A stretch of DNA of 64,000 nucleotides from Salinivirgaceae bacterium. Lineage in GTDB: Bacteria; Bacteroidota; Bacteroidia; Bacteroidales; SZUA-534. This document shows positions 10,656-20,900 of this stretch, in pieces. The DNA is taken from the NCBI GenBank assembly GCA_024405635.1, contig JAKSOL010000005.1:68938-132937 (forward strand), given 5' to 3'. The notes under the pieces were generated by a model. The model did no database searches, was not told where the DNA came from, and saw only the letters and a list, made by a program, of their open reading frames with translations. A program made the position numbers and the translations under genes. Numbering within the stretch: the stretch's first letter is position 1; each line of letters opens with the position of its first letter.

Positions 10656-11528
10656 CTATTTAGCTTGAGCAGCCAAACGGTTAATCAACATTGGGAATGC
10701 AGTTTCAAAATCGACGCCATAATTATTGTGTGGTTCATGAGAAAGAGTTTGCTTAATTGACTCAACCACAAAATCGCCAGCAAGGGCATACGAGTCGTGC
10801 AACGATAGGCCACGCATCATGGCGCCAGTAAGAACGCTGGCAAAAATATCGCCAGTGCCATGGAAACTTTGCGATTGTTTTTCGTGGAAATACCAATCAA
10901 TTTCGCCAGTTGTTGAATCAAGCGATGCAATACCAATTTTTCCTACCACGTTGCTCAATCCAGGTTGCTCGGCATCAAAAACTACGCCTTTAAGCACAAC
11001 TTTTTTTGCACCAAGAGCAGCAAGTTTGTGCAACACATCTTTAACATATTCAACATTGTAACCGCTTGCAACGTAAGGAGTTTGCAACATAAACGAAGCC
11101 TCAGTAAGGTTTGGTACAACAATATCGGCTTTTGAGCAAAGTTTTGCCATTTCAAGCGCAAATTCTTGGGTAAAGCCAGGATAAAGGCTTCCATTGTCGG
11201 CCATACATGGGTCAATAACCTTAAGAGCACCTTCGGCACCAAATTTGTCAATAAACTCGCTCATAAGGTTCAACTGTTCAAACGAGCCAAGGTAACCTGT
11301 GTAAATTGCATCGAATTTAATTCCCTCGTTAAGCCAATGTTCCCAAATTGGGCGAATTTGGTCGGTAAGGTCATCAAATGTAAAACCTTTGAACATGGTG
11401 TGAGTTGACAATACGGCGGTTGGGATTATTGCGGTTTCGACACCCATTGCCGAAATGATTGGCAATGCAACTGTAAGCGAGCATTTGCCTACGCACGATA
11501 CATCTTGAATAGTTACAATTCGTTTCAT
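10656..11528 (-). CDS. pdxK: Pyridoxal/pyridoxamine kinase
   Basis: QDVSCVGKCSL, TAVLSTHT, DPCMAD, PNLTEA and GTGD ribokinase-family motifs; TAATTTTG element at 11556-11563 (-). Confidence 0.9.
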   Translation of the reverse strand: MKRIVTIQDVSCVGKCSLTVALPIISAMGVETAIIPTAVLSTHTMFKGFTFDDLTDQIRPIWEHWLNEGIKFDAIYTGYLGSFEQLNLMSEFIDKFGAEGALKVIDPCMADNGSLYPGFTQEFALEMAKLCSKADIVVPNLTEASFMLQTPYVASGYNVEYVKDVLHKLAALGAKKVVLKGVVFDAEQPGLSNVVGKIGIASLDSTTGEIDWYFHEKQSQSFHGTGDIFASVLTGAMMRGLSLHDSYALAGDFVVESIKQTLSHEPHNNYGVDFETAFPMLINRLAAQAK

Positions 11529-11614
11529 TGTTGTTTATTGATTTTTTTTGATGCGCAAAATTACGCCTATGCCAATAGCCAACACTTCTATATTTCGCAA
11601 CTATATTTACATAT

Positions 11615-12355
11615 TTAGGAACAAAGTTCCATTTCGTATTTAAGATCGGCGCGGTTGTACGATGGCACAAAGCCTTGCACCTTTGAAAAGCCCATTGTTT
11701 GGTACAAATGATTTGCAGCATGCAAACTGCTGTTTGTTTCAAGCACTATTCGGCTGATGCCTTTATTTCGTGCATAATTGATAATTGAATTGATAAGTTT
11801 TTTGCCCAAACCTTGGTTTTGACAATTTGGGCTTACTGCCAATTTGGTAAGTTCATATTCGCCATCGGCAGGACGAAACATAAGTGCCACGCAACCAACT
11901 ACTTCGTTATTAATTTTAGCAACCAAAATATGTCCGCCCAAATCAATTATATGTTGCTGCGGATTGGTTAAAACGTCAATATCGTGTTGTTCAACCACAA
12001 AGTATTTTTCAATCCACTGGCGATTAAGTCGTTCAAAGTCTGGTTGAAATTTAGGATTCCAGTCTTCAATAATAATTTCGTTCATTTTGTTTCCGCGTTT
12101 TTCAACAAAGCACCAAAGTTTATACATCAAAAAGCCCCACACCAAAAACAGAACAATGTGCACCCAGCGCGGCACAATGGTTACATAGGTACTTGTGTCA
12201 AAACGCTCAACATTTGGAATATCGGCATAAAAATAAGCACCCGCACCAAAATCAAGTTCGTCAATCAGCCCAAGCCGATTGGCCATTATATAAAAAGCAA
12301 TAAGCAGAATCACAATACCAACAACGGTGGTTGCAATTCTGCTTATCGTTTTCAT
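11615..12355 (-). CDS. Two-TM membrane domain fused to a GNAT acetyltransferase
   Basis: Residues 1-90 are two hydrophobic helices around LDFGAGAYFYADIP. Residues 91-246 carry GNAT motif A QNQGLGKKL and LETNSSL...A..LY...GF. Confidence 0.75.
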   Translation of the reverse strand: MKTISRIATTVVGIVILLIAFYIMANRLGLIDELDFGAGAYFYADIPNVERFDTSTYVTIVPRWVHIVLFLVWGFLMYKLWCFVEKRGNKMNEIIIEDWNPKFQPDFERLNRQWIEKYFVVEQHDIDVLTNPQQHIIDLGGHILVAKINNEVVGCVALMFRPADGEYELTKLAVSPNCQNQGLGKKLINSIINYARNKGISRIVLETNSSLHAANHLYQTMGFSKVQGFVPSYNRADLKYEMELCS

Positions 12356-12369
12356 TTTAAGTAGATTTT

Positions 12370-13776
12370 TTAATCAAGCACAGGAACATTGAAGAATGTG
12401 CCCGAAAGCAAGAACCAAACAGCAAAGAAGGTTAGCGCAATGTTAAATACTTGACCAGCAATGTATAGCCAAAGTACTTTGCCGCCTTGCATTTGTTTAA
12501 CAATTTGGCGGAAGTTTGTGTCAAGGCCAATGCTAGTGAACGCTAACACAAATGCCCAGTTTTTATATTGGTCAAGCACTTTGTTTATTTTGCCTACCTC
12601 AGCAGCGCAATCAACGCCAAACCATTGTTGTCCGTAGGTTACAAGCAACGATGCAATGATTGATGCAACAAAGAAACCAATGATGAATTTTGGGAAACGA
12701 TACCAAATTTCGGCAGCACCAACTTTGTTGCCTTCGTTTTTGTTTACATAAGTTGCAAAGAACAAAGCCACAAAAAAGGCGATGAAACCAATAAGAATGT
12801 TTTGAATTGATTTAACCAACACTGCTGCAGTTTGAGCCTCGGCTCCTAATGCTGTACCAGCTACCACAACGGCACCAGTACTATCAACAGTTCCTCCAAT
12901 GAGCGAGCCTCCCATAATTGGCGACATGCCTACGGCTTTAATTATCATTGGTTCAAATACCATCATTAGCACAGTAAAGATGATTGATATTGAAACGGCC
13001 AACGAAAGGTCGGTTTTTTTGGCTCCCGAAGCTGCTCCGGTTGCAATGGCTGCACTTGTACCGCAAACGCTAGTTGCTGCAGCTAAGGTAATTACCAATG
13101 GTTTGTTGCCTATTTTGAATACACGGGTGCCTAACCACCACATAAAAATGATTACCACTGGGGTTACAATCCAAGCGATACCCAAACCATAAAGGCCAAA
13201 TTTGGCAATGTTTGAGAATAAAACTGAAAAGCCCATTATTACCAAACCGCTCTTAATGTAAAATTCGGTTTTAATAGCTGGTTTTAACCAAGCAGGAACG
13301 CCAACTGTGTTTGAAATAAGCAAGCCTAAAATCAATGCCCAAAATGCCCATTCCAAATAACGGTTAAAGGTAAATTCAGCGCTTACCAAACGAACAATAA
13401 GACTCAACACAAATAGCACCACAAATGCTGGAATGTATTTTTTTACGCTCTCGCCTTGCAATTTTGCGCCAATGGTAAATAGCAAACCAAGTACTCCAAA
13501 AGTTACAAAAGTTTTTATCCAAAATTCGCCTCGAACAAATTGGTCGCTCAATGGCATTAGTTTTGCTTTTGCAATTTGGTCGGGAGTAAGGTTTTCCCAC
13601 AATTGCCATTTGCTGAAATTTAGGGCTGAGAAATTAAACCAACCTGTAAAATGTGCCAAACAAGCTACTGCTATTACAATAAAGCCAATCCAGCATGCTA
13701 ACCAATCTTCTTTTCGCCAAAGGTCTGAAATGTTGGACTTTCCAACAGTTACCACATCAGAATTTTTTTCTGTCAT
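12370..13776 (-). CDS. YeiH / putative sulfate exporter family transporter
   Basis: LGLLISN, SVCGTSAAIA, GGTVDSTGAV and FPKFIIGF motifs; many TM helices; TATATTTG element at 13864-13871 (-). Confidence 0.85.
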   Translation of the reverse strand: MTEKNSDVVTVGKSNISDLWRKEDWLACWIGFIVIAVACLAHFTGWFNFSALNFSKWQLWENLTPDQIAKAKLMPLSDQFVRGEFWIKTFVTFGVLGLLFTIGAKLQGESVKKYIPAFVVLFVLSLIVRLVSAEFTFNRYLEWAFWALILGLLISNTVGVPAWLKPAIKTEFYIKSGLVIMGFSVLFSNIAKFGLYGLGIAWIVTPVVIIFMWWLGTRVFKIGNKPLVITLAAATSVCGTSAAIATGAASGAKKTDLSLAVSISIIFTVLMMVFEPMIIKAVGMSPIMGGSLIGGTVDSTGAVVVAGTALGAEAQTAAVLVKSIQNILIGFIAFFVALFFATYVNKNEGNKVGAAEIWYRFPKFIIGFFVASIIASLLVTYGQQWFGVDCAAEVGKINKVLDQYKNWAFVLAFTSIGLDTNFRQIVKQMQGGKVLWLYIAGQVFNIALTFFAVWFLLSGTFFNVPVLD

Positions 13777-14001
13777 AATTTTAGTTTTTTTGCACTTGCC
13801 GATTTAATAGTGTAAAAGACTAACAATCAACAAATTAAGTTATTAAAATAATTATTTGCGTTGCAAATATAAATGTAAGCGCGAATACAACGTATCAAGT
13901 GACTCAAAATCAGCAAAAAATAGGTAAAAGTACTCCCCTACTTTATACTTGTTACTACCATTTCAAGCAATGGTTTGCTGTTTTGAAACGACATGTATCT
14001 C

Positions 14002-14039
14002 AAAAAAAAAGCGCCTTTGGTTGCAATACCAAAAGCGCT
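14002..14039 (-). terminator. Terminator after the hybrid kinase gene
   Basis: AGCGC-TTTGGT...ACCAAA-AGCGCT hairpin followed by T9 on the minus strand. Confidence 0.7.
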
Positions 14040-14088
14040 GAACAAAAGTTTTTTTCATTGCCGACTATTCGGCATATTGTTTTGGCAA

Positions 14089-16416
14089 TCAATTAGTTGG
14101 TTGATTGATTTTAGATTCAATAAAGTTTAAAATATCAACCCCATTGAGCGGAACTCGCAAGAAATCGGAAAAACCAGCATTTAATATATTTTGTACTTCT
14201 TCTTTTAAATCGAAGTGCGAGTATGTAACCATAGGAGGCAGGTTGCTCAATCCATTAAGTTGCTCAATTATTTCAATTGCGGTATCTGATTTTTGGTAAA
14301 AATCTACCATTACCAAATCGGCGTTTTCGTTGTTGGATAAGTAGTGTAAAAGTTCGTTTCCATTTTTCAGCCACACGTAATTAATGTTGGTAAATCTTAC
14401 CATTTTTTCAATGTGATGCGCATCAATATCATCAGCGGTAACATGAACAATTGTTCGGTTTTGCCATTGATAGTTTGAACATAATTGCTTCATGCGTTCA
14501 AGAATTGTGTCTGTGTAGTTGGTTGATATAGGGAAATTGATAAAGAACACCGAACCTTTATTAGGTTTTGACAAAACGTGAATTTTTCCACCGAGTTGTT
14601 CCACAATCATTTGGCTCAGTGTCAGGCCAAGACCGGCGCCTTCGCCAGCTTCAGTATAGTTATGGCGCTCAACCTTACCAAATAGGGCAAATATAGTGTT
14701 GTGCATTTCGGCGGGAATACCAATTCCCGAATCTTGTACAAACAATTCAACTTTGTTCTCGCGTATGTCGCACAAACCTATTTTAACTACGCCTTTGGCG
14801 CTAAATTTTATAGCATTATCTATTAATTGGCGCAGAACTATGCGAAAGTTATAGGTGTCGGTTTCAACAATAATATCGTTAAAAATGGTAGGCAAATCGC
14901 AAACTAAATCAATTTGTCCCGATAGCACTTTTTCGTTGTTTTTATACAGTTTAATAACGCCCTCAACTTGTTGATATAGGTTACATTTTTCTTTTTTTAA
15001 GAAAAGTTGTTTTGTCTCAAGTTCCGATATTTTAATCACATTATCGATGGTGGACATAAACTGTGTACCACTACTAACAATCATATCGCAAAAATCCTCG
15101 CGTTCGCTTTGTGTAATATCGGGGTCGGCAAGCATGTTGCTATATCCAATAATGCTACGAATAGGGAGCAGCAAGTCGTTGTTCATATTGCGCAACAGGG
15201 TGGCTTTTAGCCGGTCGGCATCTTCGGCACGTGTACGTGCTTGGGTTAAGAAGAATTGGTTGCGTTGTTGTGTTATGTAGCACGACAAGATATTGGCCAA
15301 AACCATCATGTTTTCAATATCGAGACTCTTGACATTGTATGTCGAGTTGGTTTCAATTAACAAATAGCCGTTGAATTGGGTTTCTTTGGTTGCGTCGTAA
15401 ATTGGGAACGCATAGTGGTTCACCATTTTATTTGTTATGCCAAATAGTTTTCGTGTTTTTGGCATCATTTTATAGTCGCGCGGCCCACTAATGTATGGAT
15501 AGTTTGCAAAGATTTCGTCAAACTCGGGATTTTCAATGTGATTTATTATGCATTGTTCTTCGTCATATTTATTTATTTGGGGAGCTGCATATTGGTATTT
15601 TATAACGCTCTTGTCTTTTATTCTAACATAAACCACAAAACGTTTTAGATGCAATCCTTCGCAAAGAGAGATGGTGGCAGGAGTAAGGCTATCGTCGGTA
15701 TAGCCCGATTGCGACACTATTGATACAATGGTATTAACTGCACGATTTATGGTTATTGTTTTCTGCAGTTGAGCTTTCATTTCGGCAATTTCGGTTATGT
15801 CCGAAATTTTTATAATGATGCGACCATCGGCACAACCTCTGATGCTGATGCGTAACATTCGGCCCAAGTTTTTTGCATCGAAAATGCGCATTTTGAGCAA
15901 CGACTCGTCAACGATATTTGGCACCAGAATAAGAACATTGCTCTTAATATATTCAGAGAGTGTGTGGCCTATGCAGTTTTGATTTTCAACGTTTATCACA
16001 TTAAAAACATTGCCGCTAGCGTAGTCAATTCGCCAACCTAAAATAGACATATCGTCGTCAGTGCGCGACAGCACAAGCAAGCATTGTCCGGTATTGATTT
16101 CAAATCCTTTAAAAATATCGACATTGCTTAATCGCAATAAAATTAAGCCTTCAGACTCTGGCAACAACATTGAAGCGCAAGCATCAACTTGTTTTTCAAT
16201 AGAATTGTTGCTCAAGGTTAAACTAAACGTTACGCTATTGTCGGTTGTTAGTTTTGAAAGATGAGAATTAAATTCTTGAAGCCCTGATTGGCTCAAATGT
16301 TGCTCAAATGTTGTTCCAACGACACTGCAACTAAAAAAATCGAAGGCCGATTTTGAGGCAGAAATAATGCTGCCGTTTTTTAGGATTAACTCACACGAAT
16401 CGCACGCGGTACCCAT
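14089..16416 (-). CDS. Cytoplasmic hybrid sensor histidine kinase/receiver protein with a degenerate H-box
   Basis: HATPase boxes LIDNAIKF, VQDSGIGI and GAGLGL; HisKA-like helix reads NMNNDLLLP; degenerate C-terminal receiver domain; no TM helix. Confidence 0.85.
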   Translation of the reverse strand: MGTACDSCELILKNGSIISASKSAFDFFSCSVVGTTFEQHLSQSGLQEFNSHLSKLTTDNSVTFSLTLSNNSIEKQVDACASMLLPESEGLILLRLSNVDIFKGFEINTGQCLLVLSRTDDDMSILGWRIDYASGNVFNVINVENQNCIGHTLSEYIKSNVLILVPNIVDESLLKMRIFDAKNLGRMLRISIRGCADGRIIIKISDITEIAEMKAQLQKTITINRAVNTIVSIVSQSGYTDDSLTPATISLCEGLHLKRFVVYVRIKDKSVIKYQYAAPQINKYDEEQCIINHIENPEFDEIFANYPYISGPRDYKMMPKTRKLFGITNKMVNHYAFPIYDATKETQFNGYLLIETNSTYNVKSLDIENMMVLANILSCYITQQRNQFFLTQARTRAEDADRLKATLLRNMNNDLLLPIRSIIGYSNMLADPDITQSEREDFCDMIVSSGTQFMSTIDNVIKISELETKQLFLKKEKCNLYQQVEGVIKLYKNNEKVLSGQIDLVCDLPTIFNDIIVETDTYNFRIVLRQLIDNAIKFSAKGVVKIGLCDIRENKVELFVQDSGIGIPAEMHNTIFALFGKVERHNYTEAGEGAGLGLTLSQMIVEQLGGKIHVLSKPNKGSVFFINFPISTNYTDTILERMKQLCSNYQWQNRTIVHVTADDIDAHHIEKMVRFTNINYVWLKNGNELLHYLSNNENADLVMVDFYQKSDTAIEIIEQLNGLSNLPPMVTYSHFDLKEEVQNILNAGFSDFLRVPLNGVDILNFIESKINQPTN

Positions 16417-16631
16417 AGTTTTTCAAAAATAGTTTGGTTTGCGGGCTTAAATTACAATTTTTATTGATGTACAAGATCAGCAAGCATTCGCAAAAGAGGT
16501 TGCATTTTTGAGTTCGTATTTCTAAGTGTGACAAAATACATATTTGAAGTGTCTAATTGCATTAAGCAATTTGATTGATGACAATGTGTAATTATCAGTG
16601 GTTTAGTATTTTTGCAACCGAAAAAAAATTT

Positions 16632-17621
16632 ATGAAAAAGATGAAAAAGATTAATCGTTTTGTGGTAATGGCATTAGCAATGGCCGCTCCACTATTGGGA
16701 AATGCCCAAGTAACCGAACTTGAAGGCAAACTTCGTACACAAAATACCGACACTACTGAGGGTTGGAAAGTTGATGGAGTTTTTTCGCTTACAGCATCGC
16801 AAACATCGCTAACTAACTGGGCAGCTGGCGGCAACAACAGCGTTTCGGGCAATGCTTTGTTTAGCATTCATGCAAACTACATTAAAAGCAAAAACACTTG
16901 GGAAAACTCGCTTGACCTTGGTTATGGTATTATGAAACAAGGCGAGGAAGAAAACTTCCGCAAGACCGATGACCGCGTTGATTTCCTTTCAAAATATGGA
17001 CGCGAGGCTATAAAGAACTTTTACTACTCGGCTATGTTGAACTTTAAAACCCAAATGTATGTAGGTAAACAATATGGCGACGACACAATAAAGATTTCGA
17101 ACTTTTTGGCTCCTGCTTACGTTGTTGGCGCTATTGGTATGGATTACAAACCAAACAACCACTTCAGCGCATTTATTGCTCCTTTTACATCAAAAACCAC
17201 CATTGTTAACGACCAATCGTTAGCCGACCGCGGTTTGTTTGGTGTTAAAGCTGCTGTTCGCGACGAAGATGGCACAAAGATTAAAGACGGTGAAAAAATA
17301 TTTAGCGAGTTTGGTGGTTACATTCGCCTTATCTACACTCGCAGCGACTTTGAGGCCGAATTCCTTAAAAACGTAACCTTTACCACTAAAGCCGACTTTT
17401 TCTCAAACTACTTAAATGAACCTCAAAACATTGACGTTAGCTGGGAAACTCAAATAACAATGAAGGTGAACAAATTCATAACCTTGTCGCTTAACACTCA
17501 CTTAATGTACGACGACAACATTCACACCTTTAAAACCGATGCCGATGGCAACAAAGTTGAGCACGGAGCTAAAGTGCAATTCAAAGAGATTGCTGGTGTT
17601 GGAATCCAATACAAATTCTAA
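16632..17621 (+). CDS. DUF3078-like outer-membrane beta-barrel protein
   Basis: Signal peptide ending GNA-Q, QTSLTNWAAGG motif, KTDD, C-terminal YKF; TATTTTTG element at 16607-16614. Confidence 0.85.
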   Translation: MKKMKKINRFVVMALAMAAPLLGNAQVTELEGKLRTQNTDTTEGWKVDGVFSLTASQTSLTNWAAGGNNSVSGNALFSIHANYIKSKNTWENSLDLGYGIMKQGEEENFRKTDDRVDFLSKYGREAIKNFYYSAMLNFKTQMYVGKQYGDDTIKISNFLAPAYVVGAIGMDYKPNNHFSAFIAPFTSKTTIVNDQSLADRGLFGVKAAVRDEDGTKIKDGEKIFSEFGGYIRLIYTRSDFEAEFLKNVTFTTKADFFSNYLNEPQNIDVSWETQITMKVNKFITLSLNTHLMYDDNIHTFKTDADGNKVEHGAKVQFKEIAGVGIQYKF

Positions 17622-17652
17622 TTGGTTAGAATTTAATAATAGATTATTACTT

Positions 17653-17694
17653 AAAACAATCACCGTTGAGCCATTCAGCGGTGATTGTTTTTTT
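17653..17694 (+). terminator. Terminator of the DUF3078-like gene
   Basis: AACAATCACCG...CGGTGATTGTT plus T-tract. Confidence 0.8.
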
Positions 17695-17707
17695 ATGGTT
17701 TATTGAC

Positions 17708-17883
17708 TGATTGGCTGTTAGTCTTTGACCATTAGAGTTTGTTTAGAATCAATAACTTATAGCCCATTAATCTCTAATAATTAGCCATTAAAAGCATTAC
17801 AAACTCGCTCTTTACAAGCGCTGGCAACTATTACTCTTGACCGTTTGCTAATCGACTAAAAGCCTTTAGTTATTAGCCATAAA
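17708..17883. repeat. Degenerate heptamer (yyaTTAG-like) tandem blocks
   Basis: In 7-nt register: tgattgg|ctgttag|tctttga|ccattag (17708-17735), ccattaa|tctctaa|taattag|ccattaa (17764-17791), cctttag|ttattag|ccataaa (17863-17883). Confidence 0.45.
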
Positions 17884-17924
17884 AAAGCCCCCCAAAAGTT
17901 TGTTCAACCTTTGAGGGGCTTTTT
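17881..17924 (-). terminator. Terminator of the giant surface protein gene
   Basis: AAAAAGCCCC...GGGGCTTTTT hairpin with A/T tracts on both sides. Confidence 0.75.
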
Positions 17925-17944
17925 ATTTTTCGCCTACACCGTTG

Positions 17945-20900
17945 TTACAATTTCACAATCTTTTGATTCATAACAACATTGCTGCTTGTGTATTGCAAAA
18001 TATACAGTCCACGAGGTAGATTGCTTATGTCGATTACGCTTGTTGAACCTACAACACTACCCAGTTTAACCACTTGCCCTGTTTGCGCAAAGATTGCATA
18101 ATTTCCATCGGCAAGGGACTGGTTAACCTCAATGGTGAATTTGCCGTTTGTTGGGTTGGGCTCAATGGTCAAATGAGGTTCATCGTTTTGAGCCACAAAC
18201 TTCACGCAAATGGTTTTACCGGCGTAAGTTGATTGGCCATCGAAATCAACTTGACGCAAGCGGTAGTACTGATAACCAAACTCTGGATTGTTATCGGTGA
18301 ACGAGTAATTGATGCGGTTGTTTGATGTGTTTGCGCCATTCACCACGCCTATCAAGGTAAAGTTCTCGCCATCGGTTGATCGTTCAATTTCAAAACGATT
18401 GTTGTTCAATTCGCTCAAAGTGGTCCACGAAACCTCAACAGCATTGCCGTTTTGCTTTGCATCAAAGTTTACAAGGGTAATTGGCAACGGATTTACCAAA
18501 CTTGACGAAGCCAAAGCTACAGGGCTATACGAGCTAAACGGAACGGTGCATGTTACTTTGCCGCCACTGCCATTGCTTGAAGCACTGCCGCCCATATCGT
18601 CCCATGATGAGGTTGAGCTATTGTAGTGAGCAACAACCATTGCGCTTGCGTCGTTTATTTGGCTGGTTGCGTTGTCGTCCCAATATAGACTGATGTAGCT
18701 GCTTACACTTGGCGACGAGTTGCAAACAACATCCCAATTATCGATTTGACTAACAGCTAACAACGATTCGGCTTTATTTTCAATTTCTTCGCCATCGGGA
18801 TCATCATTAAATGAGTATCCAACGGTAAACGACCCAACTGAAACTGGATTTACGCCAATCATGCCGCGGTGGCCATTGTTGCCAATTGGGAACACAAACT
18901 CGGTGCCTGCCGCAATATTGTTTTTACGAATTTGTCCGTTAACATAAGCATTAACGGCTGCGCTAGTTGCTGTGGCTGTGGCGTTTAGAGTAATTAAATT
19001 ACCGTTTGTTTCAACCTCACCACTAACAAGCGCAAGTGCGCCATTTATGTTCAAATTGGTTTGCAGCGATGCTCCGTTTGCATTATCAATGGTCAAATTG
19101 TTTAGGTTAAAATCGCCGCTGCCGGACAATGTAATTGCAGCACTACCTTGCAATGTTAATGTGCTTGTTTCGCCGTTTATGGTGCCGTTGTTTTCAATGT
19201 TGCCATTAACGGTTAACGCATTGGCGCCAAGACTAAGAGATGCTCCGCTTGCTACGGCAAGGTTAAAAAACGATGCATCCGACTCAACATTACTTGCGCC
19301 ATTGAACGATACGGTTGAAGCGTTGCTTGTAAATGTTGCTGCATCGTTGCATTTCCAATCGCCATAAACATCAAGTTGGTTGTTGTTTTCAATAGTTAAA
19401 CCGCCCGACTCTATTTTAACCGATTTAACCTCTGCTGCACTTTTAATAGTTGGTTGGTTGGTAACATCGCGAATAATAGCATCGGTTGTGCGCGATGGAA
19501 CTGCATTGCTAAACCAGTTGCCAGTTTTGCTCCAATCGTTGTCAATGGCACCGCTCCACACGTAACCTTCGAGCATAGTTTGTGCAAACTGATAATCGGT
19601 TGAGCAACCATTGTTGGCTGTAATGGTTACATAACCTTCAACATTGCTGCCAGTTGCTGTCATTACTATGTTGCCAAGCGCAGTGCTAGCTACGTTTGTA
19701 CCGCCATCGGTATAGTTTATGCTGTAATGAGTTGGCATCACTGCAGAATTAACAGTGAATGGCACGTCGGTTGGTGCGCCCAAATACAAATCGGGCCAAG
19801 TAATGGTAACATTTGGCGACTCTTTAACCGTAAGCGTTTTGTAGCCGCTTGCTGGAATGCGCATCTCGCAACCTTGGTTACTTGCAGTAATGTACAGATT
19901 AACATTGCCATAGCTGGTCATTTTTACCGTTGTAAAATCAATTGCTGCACCAGTTCCCGACAAGGTATTACCAACATTCACGTCGTCTTGGTTAAATAGT
20001 TTGTAGGTTGTATTTTGCTCAGAGCCCGTTATTGTAACCACGCCTTGATTTCCCTCGCAAACGGCATCTATATCGGCAATTGTTTGGCTAACTGGACTTG
20101 CATACACGTACACCGTTTTTTCTTTATTGCCCGACAGGCGCGAATCGCTCTCCACAACGTTTATTGTGTGGCTACCAGCTGCATAGTTGCTCCAATTGAT
20201 GGTTACAGAACTTGATGTACCAACCTGTGCGCCATCGACATACCATTTGTATGTATGGCCTGCAACTTGCGATGTTTGGTAAGCAATTACATCGGTTTGG
20301 CAAATGTTAACCTCGGCAGTAAACGAAGGTTGAGGGTTTGCAAACATTGTAATTTCGTGAGTTACCGAAATAGCACAACCCGTTGATGCCGTTTCTGTAA
20401 CCTTAAGAACATACAAAGTTCCATCCGCGCTGCCTGTTGTCGGATATTTTACCGTTACCGAGTTGTTGTTTGGAGTGGTTGTTTGCGGAGCAGTTCCCAC
20501 CCAGCTCCACGAGTATGTGCTACCTGCGTGATTTTCAACCACGTAAGTTCTGACGTCGTTAAATCCGGCAACATCAGAAGCATCAACAAAAACAGGCTCG
20601 TAAGCGGCAAGCACATCGATGGTACCTGCTGCTAGTTTTACAACACCGTCAGTCGAGGCATCTTTTACACTAACCAACTCAATGTTGTAAGTTCCAGCAA
20701 CCCCACCCAATTGTGCACTGTTGCGAGTAATGGTATAGGTTGAAGCGTTGATGTTTGATTGAGTAAACTCGCTGCTACCAATTTTGTACTTTAAGGTGAA
20801 TGGTGCGGTTCCGTACAACGCCACATCGATATTGGCAGTTTGTGTGCCGTCGTTGCATATTGTTTGAGTGGCAACGGTTGTTATTTCGGCAATAACGCCA

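Noticed and set aside
13919-13945. TAGG-N12-CCTA inverted repeat upstream of the YeiH gene as a sulfur-regulator site
   Set aside because: Four-base arms are too short to distinguish from chance
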